Assembly (NCBI GenBank): GCA_964489125.1
Contig: CAZAXY010000005.1
Location: forward strand, 4,535 to 68,534
Origin: an uncultured Saprospiraceae bacterium
GTDB taxonomy: Bacteria > Bacteroidota > Bacteroidia > Chitinophagales > Saprospiraceae
DNA length: 64,000 bases
Direction of reading: 5' to 3'
Numbering within the stretch: the first letter of the stretch is position 1; each line of letters begins with the position of its first letter. The notes beneath the pieces are model-generated. The model worked only from the letters and a program-made list of their open reading frames with translations, did no database searches and was not told the DNA's origin. Both the position numbers and the translations under genes were made by a program. Shown one piece after another: positions 28,092-38,664 of the stretch.

Positions 28092-29396
28092 TTATCCCCC
28101 AAAATCATCGAAAGCAACATTCTCTTCTGGTATGCCCCACTCGTCAGCCATAGTGATGACACACTGATTCATGATCGGAGGACCACAGAAGTATAATTCT
28201 ATCTCTTCTGGCTCTGGATGCTTACTTAGGAATTCGTCTATTACAACTTGGTGCACATACCCTTTGAAGCCATCACCCTCAGGATCGTCAAGGTCTTTCT
28301 TAAGAACCCAATTATCTTCTGGCAGTGGGTTGTCAAGAGCTACTGCAAATCGGAAATTAGGAAACTGCTTTTCGATTTCTCTAAACTCCTCGACATAAAA
28401 CAACTCTTGCTTAGTTCGACCGCCGTAGAAGAACGTAACCTTACGGCCTGTCTTAAGTGTGTGAAACAAGTGATAGAGATGCGATCGCATCGGAGCCATA
28501 CCAGCACCGCCACCGACATATAGCATCTCAGCTTGAGTCTCCTTGATAAAGAACTCACCATATGGGCCAGAGATCGTCACTTTATCTCCTGGTTTGCGAC
28601 TAAATACAAAAGAAGAGCAGATTCCTGGGTTCACATCCATCCATCCACCTTTTACTCTATCAAATGGTGGAGTAGCAATCCTAATTGTAAGCGATACTAT
28701 ATTTCCTTCCGCAGGGTGGTTAGACATCGAATAGGCCCGGAAGATCGGCTCATCATTCTTCATCTTAAGGTCCCATAATTTAAACTTGTCCCAGTCCTTC
28801 TGAAACTTGTCTGGAGAATCGTGATAATTAGGATGAGCGGTAATATCTATGTCTTTAGAGTAGTCAACCACACACTCTGGCACGTCAACCTGGATATATC
28901 CACCTGCTTGAAAATCGAGTGTTTCGCCCTCTGGCAGTCTTACGATAAACTCTTTAATGAAGGTTGCCACGTTATAGTTAGAGATTACTTCACACTCCCA
29001 CTTCTTAATACCGAATACCTCCTCTGGCACTCTGATCTCCATGTCTTCTCTCACCTTTACCTGACATGCTAATCTCTTATTCTCCGCGGCTTCCTTACGA
29101 GTTAAGTGGTTCATCTCTGTTGGAAGCACATCACCTCCACCAGCGTCTACATGGCACTCACACATGGCACAGGTGCCTCCACCACCACAGGCAGATGGTA
29201 AGAAAACATTCTTATCTGATAATACAGTAAGCAATGAACTTCCCGGCTTAGCCTTAAGGGGATTACTGGTATCTCCATTAACGATGATATTGACATCACC
29301 CTGTGGTACTAACTTCTTGTTAGCATACATCAGCATGAACGACAATCCCAGTATCACTATGGTGAAAATGGCAATCGCTGATATAATAGAAAGCAT
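28092..29396 (-). CDS. nqrF: Na+-translocating NADH:quinone reductase subunit F
   Basis: N-terminal TM, 2Fe-2S ferredoxin motif CGGGGTCAMC, FAD site RAYSMSN and an NAD-binding GGGAGMAP. Confidence 0.95.
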   Translation of the reverse strand: MLSIISAIAIFTIVILGLSFMLMYANKKLVPQGDVNIIVNGDTSNPLKAKPGSSLLTVLSDKNVFLPSACGGGGTCAMCECHVDAGGGDVLPTEMNHLTRKEAAENKRLACQVKVREDMEIRVPEEVFGIKKWECEVISNYNVATFIKEFIVRLPEGETLDFQAGGYIQVDVPECVVDYSKDIDITAHPNYHDSPDKFQKDWDKFKLWDLKMKNDEPIFRAYSMSNHPAEGNIVSLTIRIATPPFDRVKGGWMDVNPGICSSFVFSRKPGDKVTISGPYGEFFIKETQAEMLYVGGGAGMAPMRSHLYHLFHTLKTGRKVTFFYGGRTKQELFYVEEFREIEKQFPNFRFAVALDNPLPEDNWVLKKDLDDPEGDGFKGYVHQVVIDEFLSKHPEPEEIELYFCGPPIMNQCVITMADEWGIPEENVAFDDFGG

Positions 29397-29436
29397 GGTT
29401 TATATTTTAATTTTCCTTTAGAAAAATGTCTATCTA

Positions 29437-30036
29437 CTAAAATGATGCAGGGTCGATACCGAGCAAGCTCAAGAAAGCCATACCCATCAATCCTGTCAAT
29501 AAGAATGCCATACCTAATCCTCTCAGCGGTGCTGGCACGTTACTATACTTTATCTTTTCTCTGATCGCAGCTAGAGCTACGATGGCCAAGAACCATCCAA
29601 ATCCACCTCCTGCACCAAATGCAATCGACTCAGCGAAGCTGTACTCTCGAGAAACCATAAATAATGATCCTCCAAGGATTGCACAGTTCACCGTGATCAA
29701 TGGTAAGAATATACCGAGTGAATTATATAATGACGGAGAGTACTTCTCAATAACCATCTCCACCAGCTGCACCATAGATGCAATCACTGCAATGAAGAGA
29801 ATAAATCTCAAGAAGGTAAGATCCAATCCAAGAATACCTCCCTCGTCAAGTAGATAAGTACTGATTAACCAGTTAATAGGCATCGTCACTACCAATACAA
29901 AAATTACCGCAAGACCTAATCCAAAGGCTGTCTTAAGTGTCTTGGAAACCGCCAAAAAAGAGCACATCCCTAAGAAGTAAGAGAGAATCAAATTCTCAAT
30001 GAATGCCGCCTTAATAAATACGTTTACTAATTCCAC
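29437..30036 (-). CDS. nqrE: Na+-NQR subunit E
   Basis: 199 aa polytopic RnfA/NqrE-like protein, in operon position. Confidence 0.9.
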   Translation of the reverse strand: MELVNVFIKAAFIENLILSYFLGMCSFLAVSKTLKTAFGLGLAVIFVLVVTMPINWLISTYLLDEGGILGLDLTFLRFILFIAVIASMVQLVEMVIEKYSPSLYNSLGIFLPLITVNCAILGGSLFMVSREYSFAESIAFGAGGGFGWFLAIVALAAIREKIKYSNVPAPLRGLGMAFLLTGLMGMAFLSLLGIDPASF

Positions 30037-30047
30037 TTTTCTATGAT

Positions 30048-30761
30048 TTAAGAGATGTCAACTAATTTAGGATTCCACGAACGGTGTACCCAGATCATGA
30101 TCGCTATAATAAACATGGCTGCTGCTGGAAGTACCATCAGGTTATTATTCTGATACCACCCAAACCAAGATCCATCAGCCAAGGTGTTGATTGTATATTC
30201 TGCGGAGGGGCCTATAATCTTCCATTCCACTGGAGTACCAGCCAGGAATGTTCCCTTGCCGAATACCTCTCTAACCAATGCCACTGCAATTAATATCACG
30301 CCGTATCCAAATCCATTTCCAACTCCATCGAGAAATGCTTTCCAAGGACTATTAGCCATGGCAAAAGCCTCCAACCGACCCATAACAATACAGTTAGTGA
30401 TGATTAATCCAATGAATACAGATAGCTGCTTATAGGTAGGGTAATCTACAGCCTTAAGTGTCAACTCCACTACCGTTACTAACGTAGCAATAATCACTAA
30501 CTGGACGATCATCCTTACTTGCTTCGGTATAGACTTTCGTAGCAGTGAGGTAAAGAGATTAGAGAATGCACATACGAACACCACCGCTATTGCCATGATA
30601 ATCGATGGGAACAACAATGTAGTTACCGCAAGCGCACTACATATCCCAAGTACCTGTACGGTAATCGGGTTGTTATCATTAAGCGGATCTGTTAAGAGCT
30701 TTCGTTCCTTCTTGCCAAAGGCGAACAAGGGCTCTTTCTTTTCTACAGTAGTTTCAGCCAT
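30048..30761 (-). CDS. nqrD: Na+-NQR subunit D
   Basis: [23 protein letters not shown] is characteristic of NqrD/RnfE. Confidence 0.9.
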   Translation of the reverse strand: MAETTVEKKEPLFAFGKKERKLLTDPLNDNNPITVQVLGICSALAVTTLLFPSIIMAIAVVFVCAFSNLFTSLLRKSIPKQVRMIVQLVIIATLVTVVELTLKAVDYPTYKQLSVFIGLIITNCIVMGRLEAFAMANSPWKAFLDGVGNGFGYGVILIAVALVREVFGKGTFLAGTPVEWKIIGPSAEYTINTLADGSWFGWYQNNNLMVLPAAAMFIIAIMIWVHRSWNPKLVDIS

Positions 30762-31513
30762 TATGATTTTTTCTGTGTGTTAAAGAATGGTTGATAATAT
30801 TGAAGACCTGCGAATAACATATCTGTTACGCCATCCGCCGTAACAGTCGCACCTGAGATGCCGTCGACCTCATATAATGGGTTTCTTGCACCACCTTTTC
30901 TGACTACCACTGAAGTATACTTGCCGTCCTCATCATACAGGCTCTTGCCTGCAAACTGTCTCTTGAATGCTGGATTATCTTTAATCTCTGCACCGAGTCC
31001 TGGCGTCTCTCCTTGATGATCAAATGATGCACCAACTACGGTAGCAAAATCATCCTTCAATGCGATATTACCCCAAATTTCATCCCAGAGACCATTTCCT
31101 CTAATAGAGACGATGTAGATCTTTTCACCATTGTTGTCAAAGGTGAATACTGGAAATATACGTTCTTCGGCAGGCTTCTTCTTTTCTTTCTTCATGTCTA
31201 CATGCTCTGCCTGTCCGCCCTTGTATCCTCGAGCCTCAACTTCCTCAGAGCTTACCGGATTACCATTAAAGTCTACAACAGTCTGCACAATCTTCTCGTC
31301 GAAGATGCTCAGTACCTCATTTTCGGGAAGTTTATCGGCCTTTACATCGTCACCTAACTCCGTCTCAACAGCGGCAAGGATGGCTTTCTTATTGAAGATT
31401 GCTTCATTCTTGTCGTGTGTAGGCTTAAGCACTGTAGCCATCAGCGATAAGACCAATGCTACGACCACAGTCATGATCATCACAAATGTTATAACATATG
31501 TATTACTACGCAT
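30761..31513 (-). CDS. nqrC: Na+-NQR subunit C (FMN-binding)
   Basis: Single N-terminal TM and covalent-FMN motif DGISGATVTADGV. Confidence 0.9.
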   Translation of the reverse strand: MRSNTYVITFVMIMTVVVALVLSLMATVLKPTHDKNEAIFNKKAILAAVETELGDDVKADKLPENEVLSIFDEKIVQTVVDFNGNPVSSEEVEARGYKGGQAEHVDMKKEKKKPAEERIFPVFTFDNNGEKIYIVSIRGNGLWDEIWGNIALKDDFATVVGASFDHQGETPGLGAEIKDNPAFKRQFAGKSLYDEDGKYTSVVVRKGGARNPLYEVDGISGATVTADGVTDMLFAGLQYYQPFFNTQKKS

Positions 31514-32756
31514 GAGTTAATTTTTTTCTTTTACTGATATGTGGATTCAATACCATTCTATCTAATAGCGGCGCAAATGTATTCATGAAGATGATCGCCA
31601 GCATCCATCCCTCAGGATATGCTGGATTTAATACCCTCACTATCATTCCTATAAATCCTATCAAGAATCCATAGGCGATTTTGCCTCCATTAGTAGAAGC
31701 GGCTGTAACAGGATCTGTAGCCATGAATGCCATCGCAAAAAAGAAACTACCCATATAAAACTGATAGTACCAAGGCACTGTCATAAATGGTGTGGCATCC
31801 CATGCATTGAGTATTAGTGACATGAGTGCTGCTCCAGCAGTCATGCTTAACATGATTCTCCAACTCGCTATTCTGGTGATCAACAAGAAAGCAGCACCTA
31901 TCAGTATAAGTGGCTTAGAAGTCTCCCCTATAGAGCCAGGTATAGTACCCCACCACATCTGTGTCTCAGAGTAAACGGCGGTCACCGCATCCCATCCTCC
32001 TTGATATGCGAGTGCCAAAGGAGTAGCTCCAGTAAATCCATCGACGACTTGACCTCCTCCAAATTTGGGAAGGTCCATCCATCCAAATAGTCCATTAAAC
32101 AGGTTGTGAGCCCAGCCATAATCTGCTGCATATCCCGCTCTCACGTGCTCAAATCCCGATACCCATACATCGTCTCCCGATATAGTAGTGGGATAGGCAA
32201 AGAAAACAAAGAGACGCGCCATCAAGGCCACGTTCCATATATTCATGCCCGTGCCTCCAAAAGCCTCCTTAACAAGGATTACAGCAAAAGCAACGGACAA
32301 TACCAATATCCAAATCGGAAGATCCGGTGGCATAATCAGCGGTATCAGTGCTCCTGATACCAGAAAACCTTCTTCTACAGCGTGCCCTCGCTTGGAAGCA
32401 TACCAAAACTCTATACCCAGTCCAACGACATGCGCGACAATGAATATTGGTAATAACTTGATCAATCCATGAGCAAGCTTAAGGTGGAAACCTTCTAAAA
32501 AGCCCAGATACTCGCCCATCGCTACAAAGTGTTGGTGACCTATGTTGTAGGTGCCAAACACATAGCATAACTGCATTGCCAATACTACATGAACCATGGT
32601 ACGCTTAAGGTCCATGCCATCTCTGACATGAACTCCGCTCTTGGTAACAGAGTTAGGCGTAGCCAAAAAAGTAAAAAAAGCATCATAGGCAGTATGTGCC
32701 AATGGCCTTTTCTTCTTGTCTGGCTCTATCTTCTTTATTTTATCTATTAAACCCAT
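31506..32756 (-). CDS. nqrB: Na+-NQR subunit B
   Basis: 416 aa polytopic protein with FMN attachment motif GFTGATPLA. In operon position. Confidence 0.9.
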   Translation of the reverse strand: MGLIDKIKKIEPDKKKRPLAHTAYDAFFTFLATPNSVTKSGVHVRDGMDLKRTMVHVVLAMQLCYVFGTYNIGHQHFVAMGEYLGFLEGFHLKLAHGLIKLLPIFIVAHVVGLGIEFWYASKRGHAVEEGFLVSGALIPLIMPPDLPIWILVLSVAFAVILVKEAFGGTGMNIWNVALMARLFVFFAYPTTISGDDVWVSGFEHVRAGYAADYGWAHNLFNGLFGWMDLPKFGGGQVVDGFTGATPLALAYQGGWDAVTAVYSETQMWWGTIPGSIGETSKPLILIGAAFLLITRIASWRIMLSMTAGAALMSLILNAWDATPFMTVPWYYQFYMGSFFFAMAFMATDPVTAASTNGGKIAYGFLIGFIGMIVRVLNPAYPEGWMLAIIFMNTFAPLLDRMVLNPHISKRKKLTHA

Positions 32757-32793
32757 ATCAGGACTTAGTTATAATTTTTCTTAATCGGTTCGG

Positions 32794-34434
32794 TTATCCT
32801 TGTTCGCGCATCATATCCAATCCCCCTCTCAGTATATCTTGAACAGGCATCTTGGATGTACAAACAAATTCACAGAGCGCTACATCTTCCTCAGAAAGCT
32901 CATAGATTCCCAAACCCTCCATTTGCTCAAAATCTCCAGTCATGATTGCCTTCAACAAGTGTTGAGGATATAGATCCATAGGTAGGACTTGTTCGTACTG
33001 ACCACTCATCACAAATGCTCGTTGCTCTCCATGCATGCCTGTATCACCATCAAATTCAAGCTTGGGATACAAGAAATTGGGGAAAGTCTTAGAAATTGTT
33101 GGCCGCGCCTTAATGGGTAGTAACCATCCAAATATCTCATAGTAATCACCTTCTTCGATTACTGAGACCTGATCACTTCTATGTCTCAGATATGATTCTG
33201 CCGATGAGGTCGCTCCACTTAACACATCACCATCTATAATTCTATTCTTTTCTCCTTTTAAATTGTCCTTGACGAGATCTCCGATATTTGCACCTGCATA
33301 TGTATCGATATATCCTGGATTTAACACATTCGCTCCACCTACAGAGACTATGCGTCGAGCATTATAGATGCCCTTATGCATTAGTTCACCCAGCGTAATT
33401 ACTTCTTGTACCCCTAATGTCCACACTGTTTGGCCAGAGGCAATAGGTGCCGTGTGGTGGATCTGTATTCCTACATTGCCGCTCGGGTGTTTGCCCTTAA
33501 ACCATCGTTTCTCTACGTTTTGAGCCCCAGTTAAGGCAGCGTGAGGAGCGTCATCACTATTAGCACTTAATCCTAGATAGACCTTGCCACGCGTCAATCT
33601 ATTGAGCGTGTCAAGACCTTTCTGAAACATCTCTCCACGTCCCTCAATAACAATACTGGTATCTGGCGAAAGCGGCGCTGTATCAAATGTGCTAATGAAT
33701 ATATTATTAGGCACAGAATCATGCGCTGGCAATACATCATATGGTCTCTGATTAAACAAGGTCCATCCTCCTGTATTGAGTAGAAAGCTCACTATATCAT
33801 CTCTGCTTGCTTCTGAGATACTTGGTGGATCAAACTGCGTATGCTTAATCTCGCTATCTGCAAGAATGACAACATCTGTTATTGCTCTTTTTTCTCCTCT
33901 ATTGATTTCAATCACTTCACCACTAACTGGCGTCACAAACTTAACAACTGGATTTTTCTTATCGTAGTAGATTGTATCTCCAGCCTTTACCTCATCACCG
34001 ACATTGACCACAACTTTAGGTATGGGTGATAGCCCTCTAAAGCTTTTAGGGTTAACGGAGAATCTGGTAACACTCTTTTTAATTGGTGTTCCTGTAGGTT
34101 TGCCCTTGAGCAAGATGTCATGACCTTGCTTTAGTTGTGTGACCGGTGCTCCTTGGGTGTATTGGGGGCCCGCACCTTTCCAAAGCGAGCTAATAGATAG
34201 CCCTTTATCCTCTCCTTCAATGTCAACTCCATTCTTGGAGGCTTCTATAGATAGAAAGTTCTGACTGAGTGTTAGTATAGCACTAACCAGAATTAGCGCC
34301 CCAACCACAATTAAGATCCCAATGACATAAACATTACTGTTGCCTTGGGCTGTTTGTGCTTGTGCAATTTGGGTAATTAATGAAAGAGCGAGAACGAAAC
34401 TAAAGCGCGAGAAGAACTTGTGATCTGTATGCAT
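32794..34434 (-). CDS. nqrA: Na+-NQR subunit A with a ~95 aa N-terminal signal/TM extension
   Basis: The NqrA body starts about at LKQGHDILLKGKP. The upstream in-frame region encodes FSFVLALSLITQIAQAQ plus the TM helix VYVIGILIVVGALILVSAILTL. Confidence 0.85.
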   Translation of the reverse strand: MHTDHKFFSRFSFVLALSLITQIAQAQTAQGNSNVYVIGILIVVGALILVSAILTLSQNFLSIEASKNGVDIEGEDKGLSISSLWKGAGPQYTQGAPVTQLKQGHDILLKGKPTGTPIKKSVTRFSVNPKSFRGLSPIPKVVVNVGDEVKAGDTIYYDKKNPVVKFVTPVSGEVIEINRGEKRAITDVVILADSEIKHTQFDPPSISEASRDDIVSFLLNTGGWTLFNQRPYDVLPAHDSVPNNIFISTFDTAPLSPDTSIVIEGRGEMFQKGLDTLNRLTRGKVYLGLSANSDDAPHAALTGAQNVEKRWFKGKHPSGNVGIQIHHTAPIASGQTVWTLGVQEVITLGELMHKGIYNARRIVSVGGANVLNPGYIDTYAGANIGDLVKDNLKGEKNRIIDGDVLSGATSSAESYLRHRSDQVSVIEEGDYYEIFGWLLPIKARPTISKTFPNFLYPKLEFDGDTGMHGEQRAFVMSGQYEQVLPMDLYPQHLLKAIMTGDFEQMEGLGIYELSEEDVALCEFVCTSKMPVQDILRGGLDMMREQG

Positions 34435-34463
34435 ATTGATACTATAGCTGTCAAAAATCGCCG

Positions 34464-34471
34464 CAAAGATA
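34464..34471 (-). promoter_or_regulatory. Candidate -7 promoter box (TATCTTTG on the minus strand) for the nqr operon
   Basis: Exact TAnnTTTG match about 30 nt upstream of the nqrA ATG at 34434. Confidence 0.35.
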
Positions 34472-34545
34472 CTAAGCTTGAAGCTTTCTGTACGATGTGA
34501 GATTCAATCCCGATTAATGGAATTTCTATTTAGACTACTTATAAT

Positions 34546-35697
34546 TTAACCTTTCTTACTTATTCGGTAGATAACGTCAGCAAAATCATCGGAAACCAGC
34601 ATCGATCCATCAGCCATCCACTCTATATCTACTGGTCTTCCCCAGACCTCATCTGTCTCAGTATCTAACCATCCACTGGCAAAAACGTCATAGCTTTTAG
34701 AATTATGATTCTCATCAAGTGCTACTGAAGTAATCCTATAACCGATCTTCTTTGATCTATTCCAAGAACCATGCTCAGCCATAAATGCTGTTTCGCCATA
34801 GTCCGCTTCAAACTGAGTGCCATGAGTAAACTCTACGCCAAGCGGCGCTACATGCGGGCCTAAATTTTGTACTGGTGCCACAAAGTCCTTGCAATCACCC
34901 TTGGAGCCAAAGTCTGGATCTGAGAGATCGCCCTGATGACAGTAAGGGTATCCGAAATGTTGACCATCCTCAGTGGCACGATTCAGCTCGCATGATGGGA
35001 TTTCATCGCCTAACATATCACGCCCATTATCAGTAAACCATAGGTCTCCAGTGCTCGGGTGCCATGTAAATCCGACAGTATTTCGCACTCCAGATTGTAC
35101 TACCTCCATCCCTGTACCATCTGGATTGATGCGGGTAATTGAGGCGAAAACTGGATCTTCTGATTCGCAGATATTGCAGGGTGCCCCGACTGGAATATAG
35201 AGCTTACCATCTGGTCCAAAGGCGATAAACTTCCATCCGTGGTGTTTTTCTGTTGGATATCCATCATATAGAACTTCAGGTTCACCAGGATTGTCTAAGC
35301 GACTTTCTATATCACTAAACTTCAACAATCGATTCACTTCCGCTACGTACAGGTCTCCATCTCTGAAAGCGACGCCATTAGGCATAGTGCCGCCGGTAAG
35401 GAGGATATGCTTCTCATCAGCTATCATGTCTCCATCAGTATCCTTGAGTGCATAGACGTCACCCTTAGATCTTGTTCCAACATAGAGGACTCCAGATGGC
35501 GAGAGGGCCATCGCACGAGCATTCTCAACATCGTCAGCGTATATGTCGATCTTGTACCCCTCTGGTAGGGCGATCTTAGACAGTGGCAGGTCACTAGCAG
35601 CAACTTCTCCCTGAGCTTCGGGCTTTTCTGGTGCATTTATAGTGGTGTTCTGACATGACCACAATGTTGCAAGTGATAGTAGAATAATTAATTTCAT
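34546..35697 (-). CDS. PQQ-dependent sugar (sorbosone/aldose) dehydrogenase-like beta-propeller lipoprotein
   Basis: 383 aa with lipobox LWSC. Motifs PNGVAFRDGDLYVAE, GPDGKLYI, WFTDNGRD and YGYPYCHG-like (FGYPYCHQG). Confidence 0.7.
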   Translation of the reverse strand: MKLIILLSLATLWSCQNTTINAPEKPEAQGEVAASDLPLSKIALPEGYKIDIYADDVENARAMALSPSGVLYVGTRSKGDVYALKDTDGDMIADEKHILLTGGTMPNGVAFRDGDLYVAEVNRLLKFSDIESRLDNPGEPEVLYDGYPTEKHHGWKFIAFGPDGKLYIPVGAPCNICESEDPVFASITRINPDGTGMEVVQSGVRNTVGFTWHPSTGDLWFTDNGRDMLGDEIPSCELNRATEDGQHFGYPYCHQGDLSDPDFGSKGDCKDFVAPVQNLGPHVAPLGVEFTHGTQFEADYGETAFMAEHGSWNRSKKIGYRITSVALDENHNSKSYDVFASGWLDTETDEVWGRPVDIEWMADGSMLVSDDFADVIYRISKKG

Positions 35698-36335
35698 TTG
35701 GATAAGATTTCGAATTTCTTGTTTTGATATTTCGGTAATAAAATGAGTTCTTTCAGGAGTTTGATGGACTTAACTGGATTCTTGACAGTCTGCGAATTGA
35801 TAATAAATGCTGGCACAAGACCGCCCGGATCCAAAACAAATTGGTGTACAAGTTCTATCTCTCCATTAGGCAATTGCCTAACATCCCAAAAGCCCTTGCA
35901 GACTTCTATCTGAATATACTTATTGCTCGGCTCATAAAAATCCTGCACGCAAGAAACTTCTATGTGCAACAATTTTTTCTCGTCGTCATAGCTCAACTCA
36001 TTAAGATATACGCCATCTCTATCTTTAGCCGGAAAAGGTGCATCAACCGTGATATAATTTACATACTTGTCTGGCTCATCCACATGTGTTGTAACTCCAT
36101 CAATTCCATCGAATAGTTCAGGGTATATATCAAAGTCTTTAAAAACAGCTAATAGAGCAGACAAGTTACCTTTCATTCTTGTCTCTATCCGATACTCATC
36201 AAACTTAGTCCAGTCAATCTTGCGTGTAAAAGCCTTGATACCATCAACATCCTTTCTCTGATTCCAGTTACTTTGGCCTGCCAGCGAGGACATAAAAATG
36301 AATGCTATAAAGAATGTAGTTAAGCGTATGATCAT
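35694..36335 (-). CDS. Secreted START/SRPBCC-like lipid-binding domain protein
   Basis: Start moved to MIIRLTTFFIAFIFMSSLAGQ, which overlaps the upstream stop as TGATG. The fold call is tentative. Confidence 0.45.
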   Translation of the reverse strand: MIIRLTTFFIAFIFMSSLAGQSNWNQRKDVDGIKAFTRKIDWTKFDEYRIETRMKGNLSALLAVFKDFDIYPELFDGIDGVTTHVDEPDKYVNYITVDAPFPAKDRDGVYLNELSYDDEKKLLHIEVSCVQDFYEPSNKYIQIEVCKGFWDVRQLPNGEIELVHQFVLDPGGLVPAFIINSQTVKNPVKSIKLLKELILLPKYQNKKFEILSK

Positions 36336-36976
36336 CAAATTGATATATCTCTTGTCATGTCTAAAAACTCCGTCAGAATCATGGCGGTTGCTCCCCATAA
36401 TATATGACCCTTTAAGTCATAATATGGAACGTCTCGTAAGGTTATTCCGTGCGTCTTAATGGTTGTATTAGACGTTCCCTCCGTTACAAAATCATGAACA
36501 GAGCCAAAAAGAATTTCTGCCACTTCATGATTAGGCTGGATTTCATCAGGCTCATTGAAGTAGCCTACATACGGTTGTACTATATGATTACTGGCATATA
36601 CGTACAGTGAACTGAGTAGCCCAAGCACTTCTATTTTTGCTGGAGGAACTCCAATCTCTTCGTGAGTCTCTCTAAGCGCACATGTCAATAGGCTGTCATC
36701 AGTCTGTTCTTTGCGACCTCCAGGGAAACTTATCTGCCCGCTATGCTTGTCGTTCTTATGATATGCTCTTCTCATAAAAATGACTTCACTACCCCTAGAC
36801 CTTTGAGTTAATAGCAGCAGTACTGCTGCTTGGTTTGCATCGGTTGAAGGCTGATAGTACTTTTCGAAGCGATCTATATCGCCTGCGGCCAACTTAACGT
36901 GCGACGATTTACCTGGTTTATCACCACCCAATATTGACTTGAGACCCTCAAGCTTCGCTGATAGACTATCGCTCAA
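36335..36976 (-). CDS. Nudix hydrolase, CoA pyrophosphatase type
   Basis: Nudix box GGRKEQTDDSLLTCALRETHEEIGV preceded by the CoA-type motif LLLTQRS...HSGQISFPGG. Confidence 0.8.
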   Translation of the reverse strand: MSDSLSAKLEGLKSILGGDKPGKSSHVKLAAGDIDRFEKYYQPSTDANQAAVLLLLTQRSRGSEVIFMRRAYHKNDKHSGQISFPGGRKEQTDDSLLTCALRETHEEIGVPPAKIEVLGLLSSLYVYASNHIVQPYVGYFNEPDEIQPNHEVAEILFGSVHDFVTEGTSNTTIKTHGITLRDVPYYDLKGHILWGATAMILTEFLDMTRDISI

Positions 36977-36989
36977 GAGTTTCGCAAAT

Positions 36990-37769
36990 TTACTTGTTAG
37001 ATAGCTTAAGATACTTCTCGATAGCCATAGTCATTGAAGGCGTATCTGATGTCGGCTCGATATTGATCTGTAATCCACGATCTTCTACGGCCTTTTTGGT
37101 TTTTTTACCAAATACCGCTAAGCGAGTATCATTCTGTTTGAATTCTGGAAAATTCTCATAGAGCGATTCTATTCCAAGTGGACTAAAAAACACCAACACA
37201 TCATATGTAACGTCGCTGAGATCGGACAAATCACTTGCAACAGTACGATACATCATTATATCCTTAAAATCGATTTCCTTCTCAGTAAGGTAATTGACCA
37301 CATCAGTAGCCCCAAGATTAGAGCATGGCAGTAGGAACCTTTCATTCTCCTTGTGCTTCATAAATGCGGTCTCGAGATCGGCGATTTTTCGTTCACCAAT
37401 AAAAACCTTACGCTTGCGATAAATGATAAATTTCTGGAGATAGTCAGCAATCGCCTTTGTCAAACAGAAATACTTGGTGCTCTGAGACATCTTGCATCGG
37501 ATTGTCTCACAGATACTAAAGAAATGATCTATGGCATTCTTACTCGTAAAGATAATCGCGGAGAACTCGTCAGGTCTTATTCTATTTCTTCGAAATTCTT
37601 TCTCAGTGACTGGCTCCACATGTATGAAAGGTCTCCAATCAATCTGTAAATTCCATTTTTTGGCTAACTCGAAATATGGAGATCTAACCGGTTTAGGTTG
37701 AGAAATGAGTATTGTCCGGACTTTTTTAAAAGTCTCGGCTGACTGAGCTTTCGGTTCTGCGGACATCAA
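36990..37769 (-). CDS. hemD: Uroporphyrinogen-III synthase-like protein
   Basis: 259 aa. The N-terminus ILISQPKP...SPYFELAKK and the two-lobe pattern resemble the Bacteroidota HemD family as I remember it. Confidence 0.55.
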   Translation of the reverse strand: MMSAEPKAQSAETFKKVRTILISQPKPVRSPYFELAKKWNLQIDWRPFIHVEPVTEKEFRRNRIRPDEFSAIIFTSKNAIDHFFSICETIRCKMSQSTKYFCLTKAIADYLQKFIIYRKRKVFIGERKIADLETAFMKHKENERFLLPCSNLGATDVVNYLTEKEIDFKDIMMYRTVASDLSDLSDVTYDVLVFFSPLGIESLYENFPEFKQNDTRLAVFGKKTKKAVEDRGLQINIEPTSDTPSMTMAIEKYLKLSNK

Positions 37770-37794
37770 CTTATTTATTCCTTACACTGACTAC

Positions 37795-38664
37795 TCACCC
37801 ATGAATATCCCTTAAGAGGATTAAGACAGGTGCAATTTCGACGGCGCAAAGATAAATAAAAAAATAAATGATACTGAATCCGCTGATACTCAAGGCAAAT
37901 AGGACCCCTTTGCCTTGACGAATAATATAGATTAAAAGTACCGCTGTGAGCCCAATAATAAAGAATGTTCCATCAAGGAACTCTGGGCCAAATTGCAAAC
38001 CAATCAATAAGGGAAGCAGTATAACACCCAACACCATGTTATGAATCATCAGACTATAATTGTGAAGATTAGATGCCGAGTCAAATGGGAAAGTAAAACT
38101 GATAAGCTGCTGAACAACATGCCTAATCCCATATACAAGGACAACGCCCAGTAGCACATAATACCACTTCAGGTCAAATGACAATTCAATAAACCTATAT
38201 GAAATCATGTATAGGAACAAACTGAGGTTCAATGCAAAGGCCAAGTATAACAGTATATTCTGTAGGTTAAAGTATGTCTTGTCAGACCGCTTAAGTCCCT
38301 TCAATTGGTTAGAATTGATTATAGATTGTAGACATTTCTGAAAGCGCAATCGATTACTACTGACCCCAAAAGCAATCAAATTGAGACTTAGCAAAGACGT
38401 GATCATAGTCAATGTCGAAAATCTGTTGGTTCCACTATTAGTTGGATCCAATGAAGTTGGTTCTGGCTCTAGTTGTACTGGTACAGTTACGCTCTGATCG
38501 ATGCTAAATGGATTATCCGAATTCTGTACGTTGGGCTCAAGCTTCGATTCTTCCATTTTTGGCACTACAGCAGATTCATCTGACTGAATGTCAAATGGAT
38601 TATTCCCTTGACTGAAAGTCACGCCAACAAATAATAGCAAGATCAGAATTGGAGCCAATCGCAT
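37795..38664 (-). CDS. Polytopic membrane protein (DUF4271-like, usually upstream of hemD in Bacteroidota)
   Basis: Signal peptide, a Pro/Ser-rich linker, then 5-6 TM helices. Confidence 0.5.
   Translation of the reverse strand: MRLAPILILLLFVGVTFSQGNNPFDIQSDESAVVPKMEESKLEPNVQNSDNPFSIDQSVTVPVQLEPEPTSLDPTNSGTNRFSTLTMITSLLSLNLIAFGVSSNRLRFQKCLQSIINSNQLKGLKRSDKTYFNLQNILLYLAFALNLSLFLYMISYRFIELSFDLKWYYVLLGVVLVYGIRHVVQQLISFTFPFDSASNLHNYSLMIHNMVLGVILLPLLIGLQFGPEFLDGTFFIIGLTAVLLIYIIRQGKGVLFALSISGFSIIYFFIYLCAVEIAPVLILLRDIHG

Noticed and set aside
28171-29421. A series of 63-91 aa ORFs on both strands inside nqrF. Similar ones lie inside nqrA-E, the cyclophilins, the amidohydrolases, the T9SS cargo gene and others.
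   Set aside because: All lie within or opposite genes with strong motif support. Their translations are compositionally odd and they are classic shadow ORFs.
30048-30761. NqrD appears ~25 aa longer than usual. I considered a mis-called start or a fusion.
   Set aside because: The extra residues are a plausible hydrophilic N-terminus and the start abuts the nqrC stop, as expected in the operon. I judged it not noteworthy without alignment.
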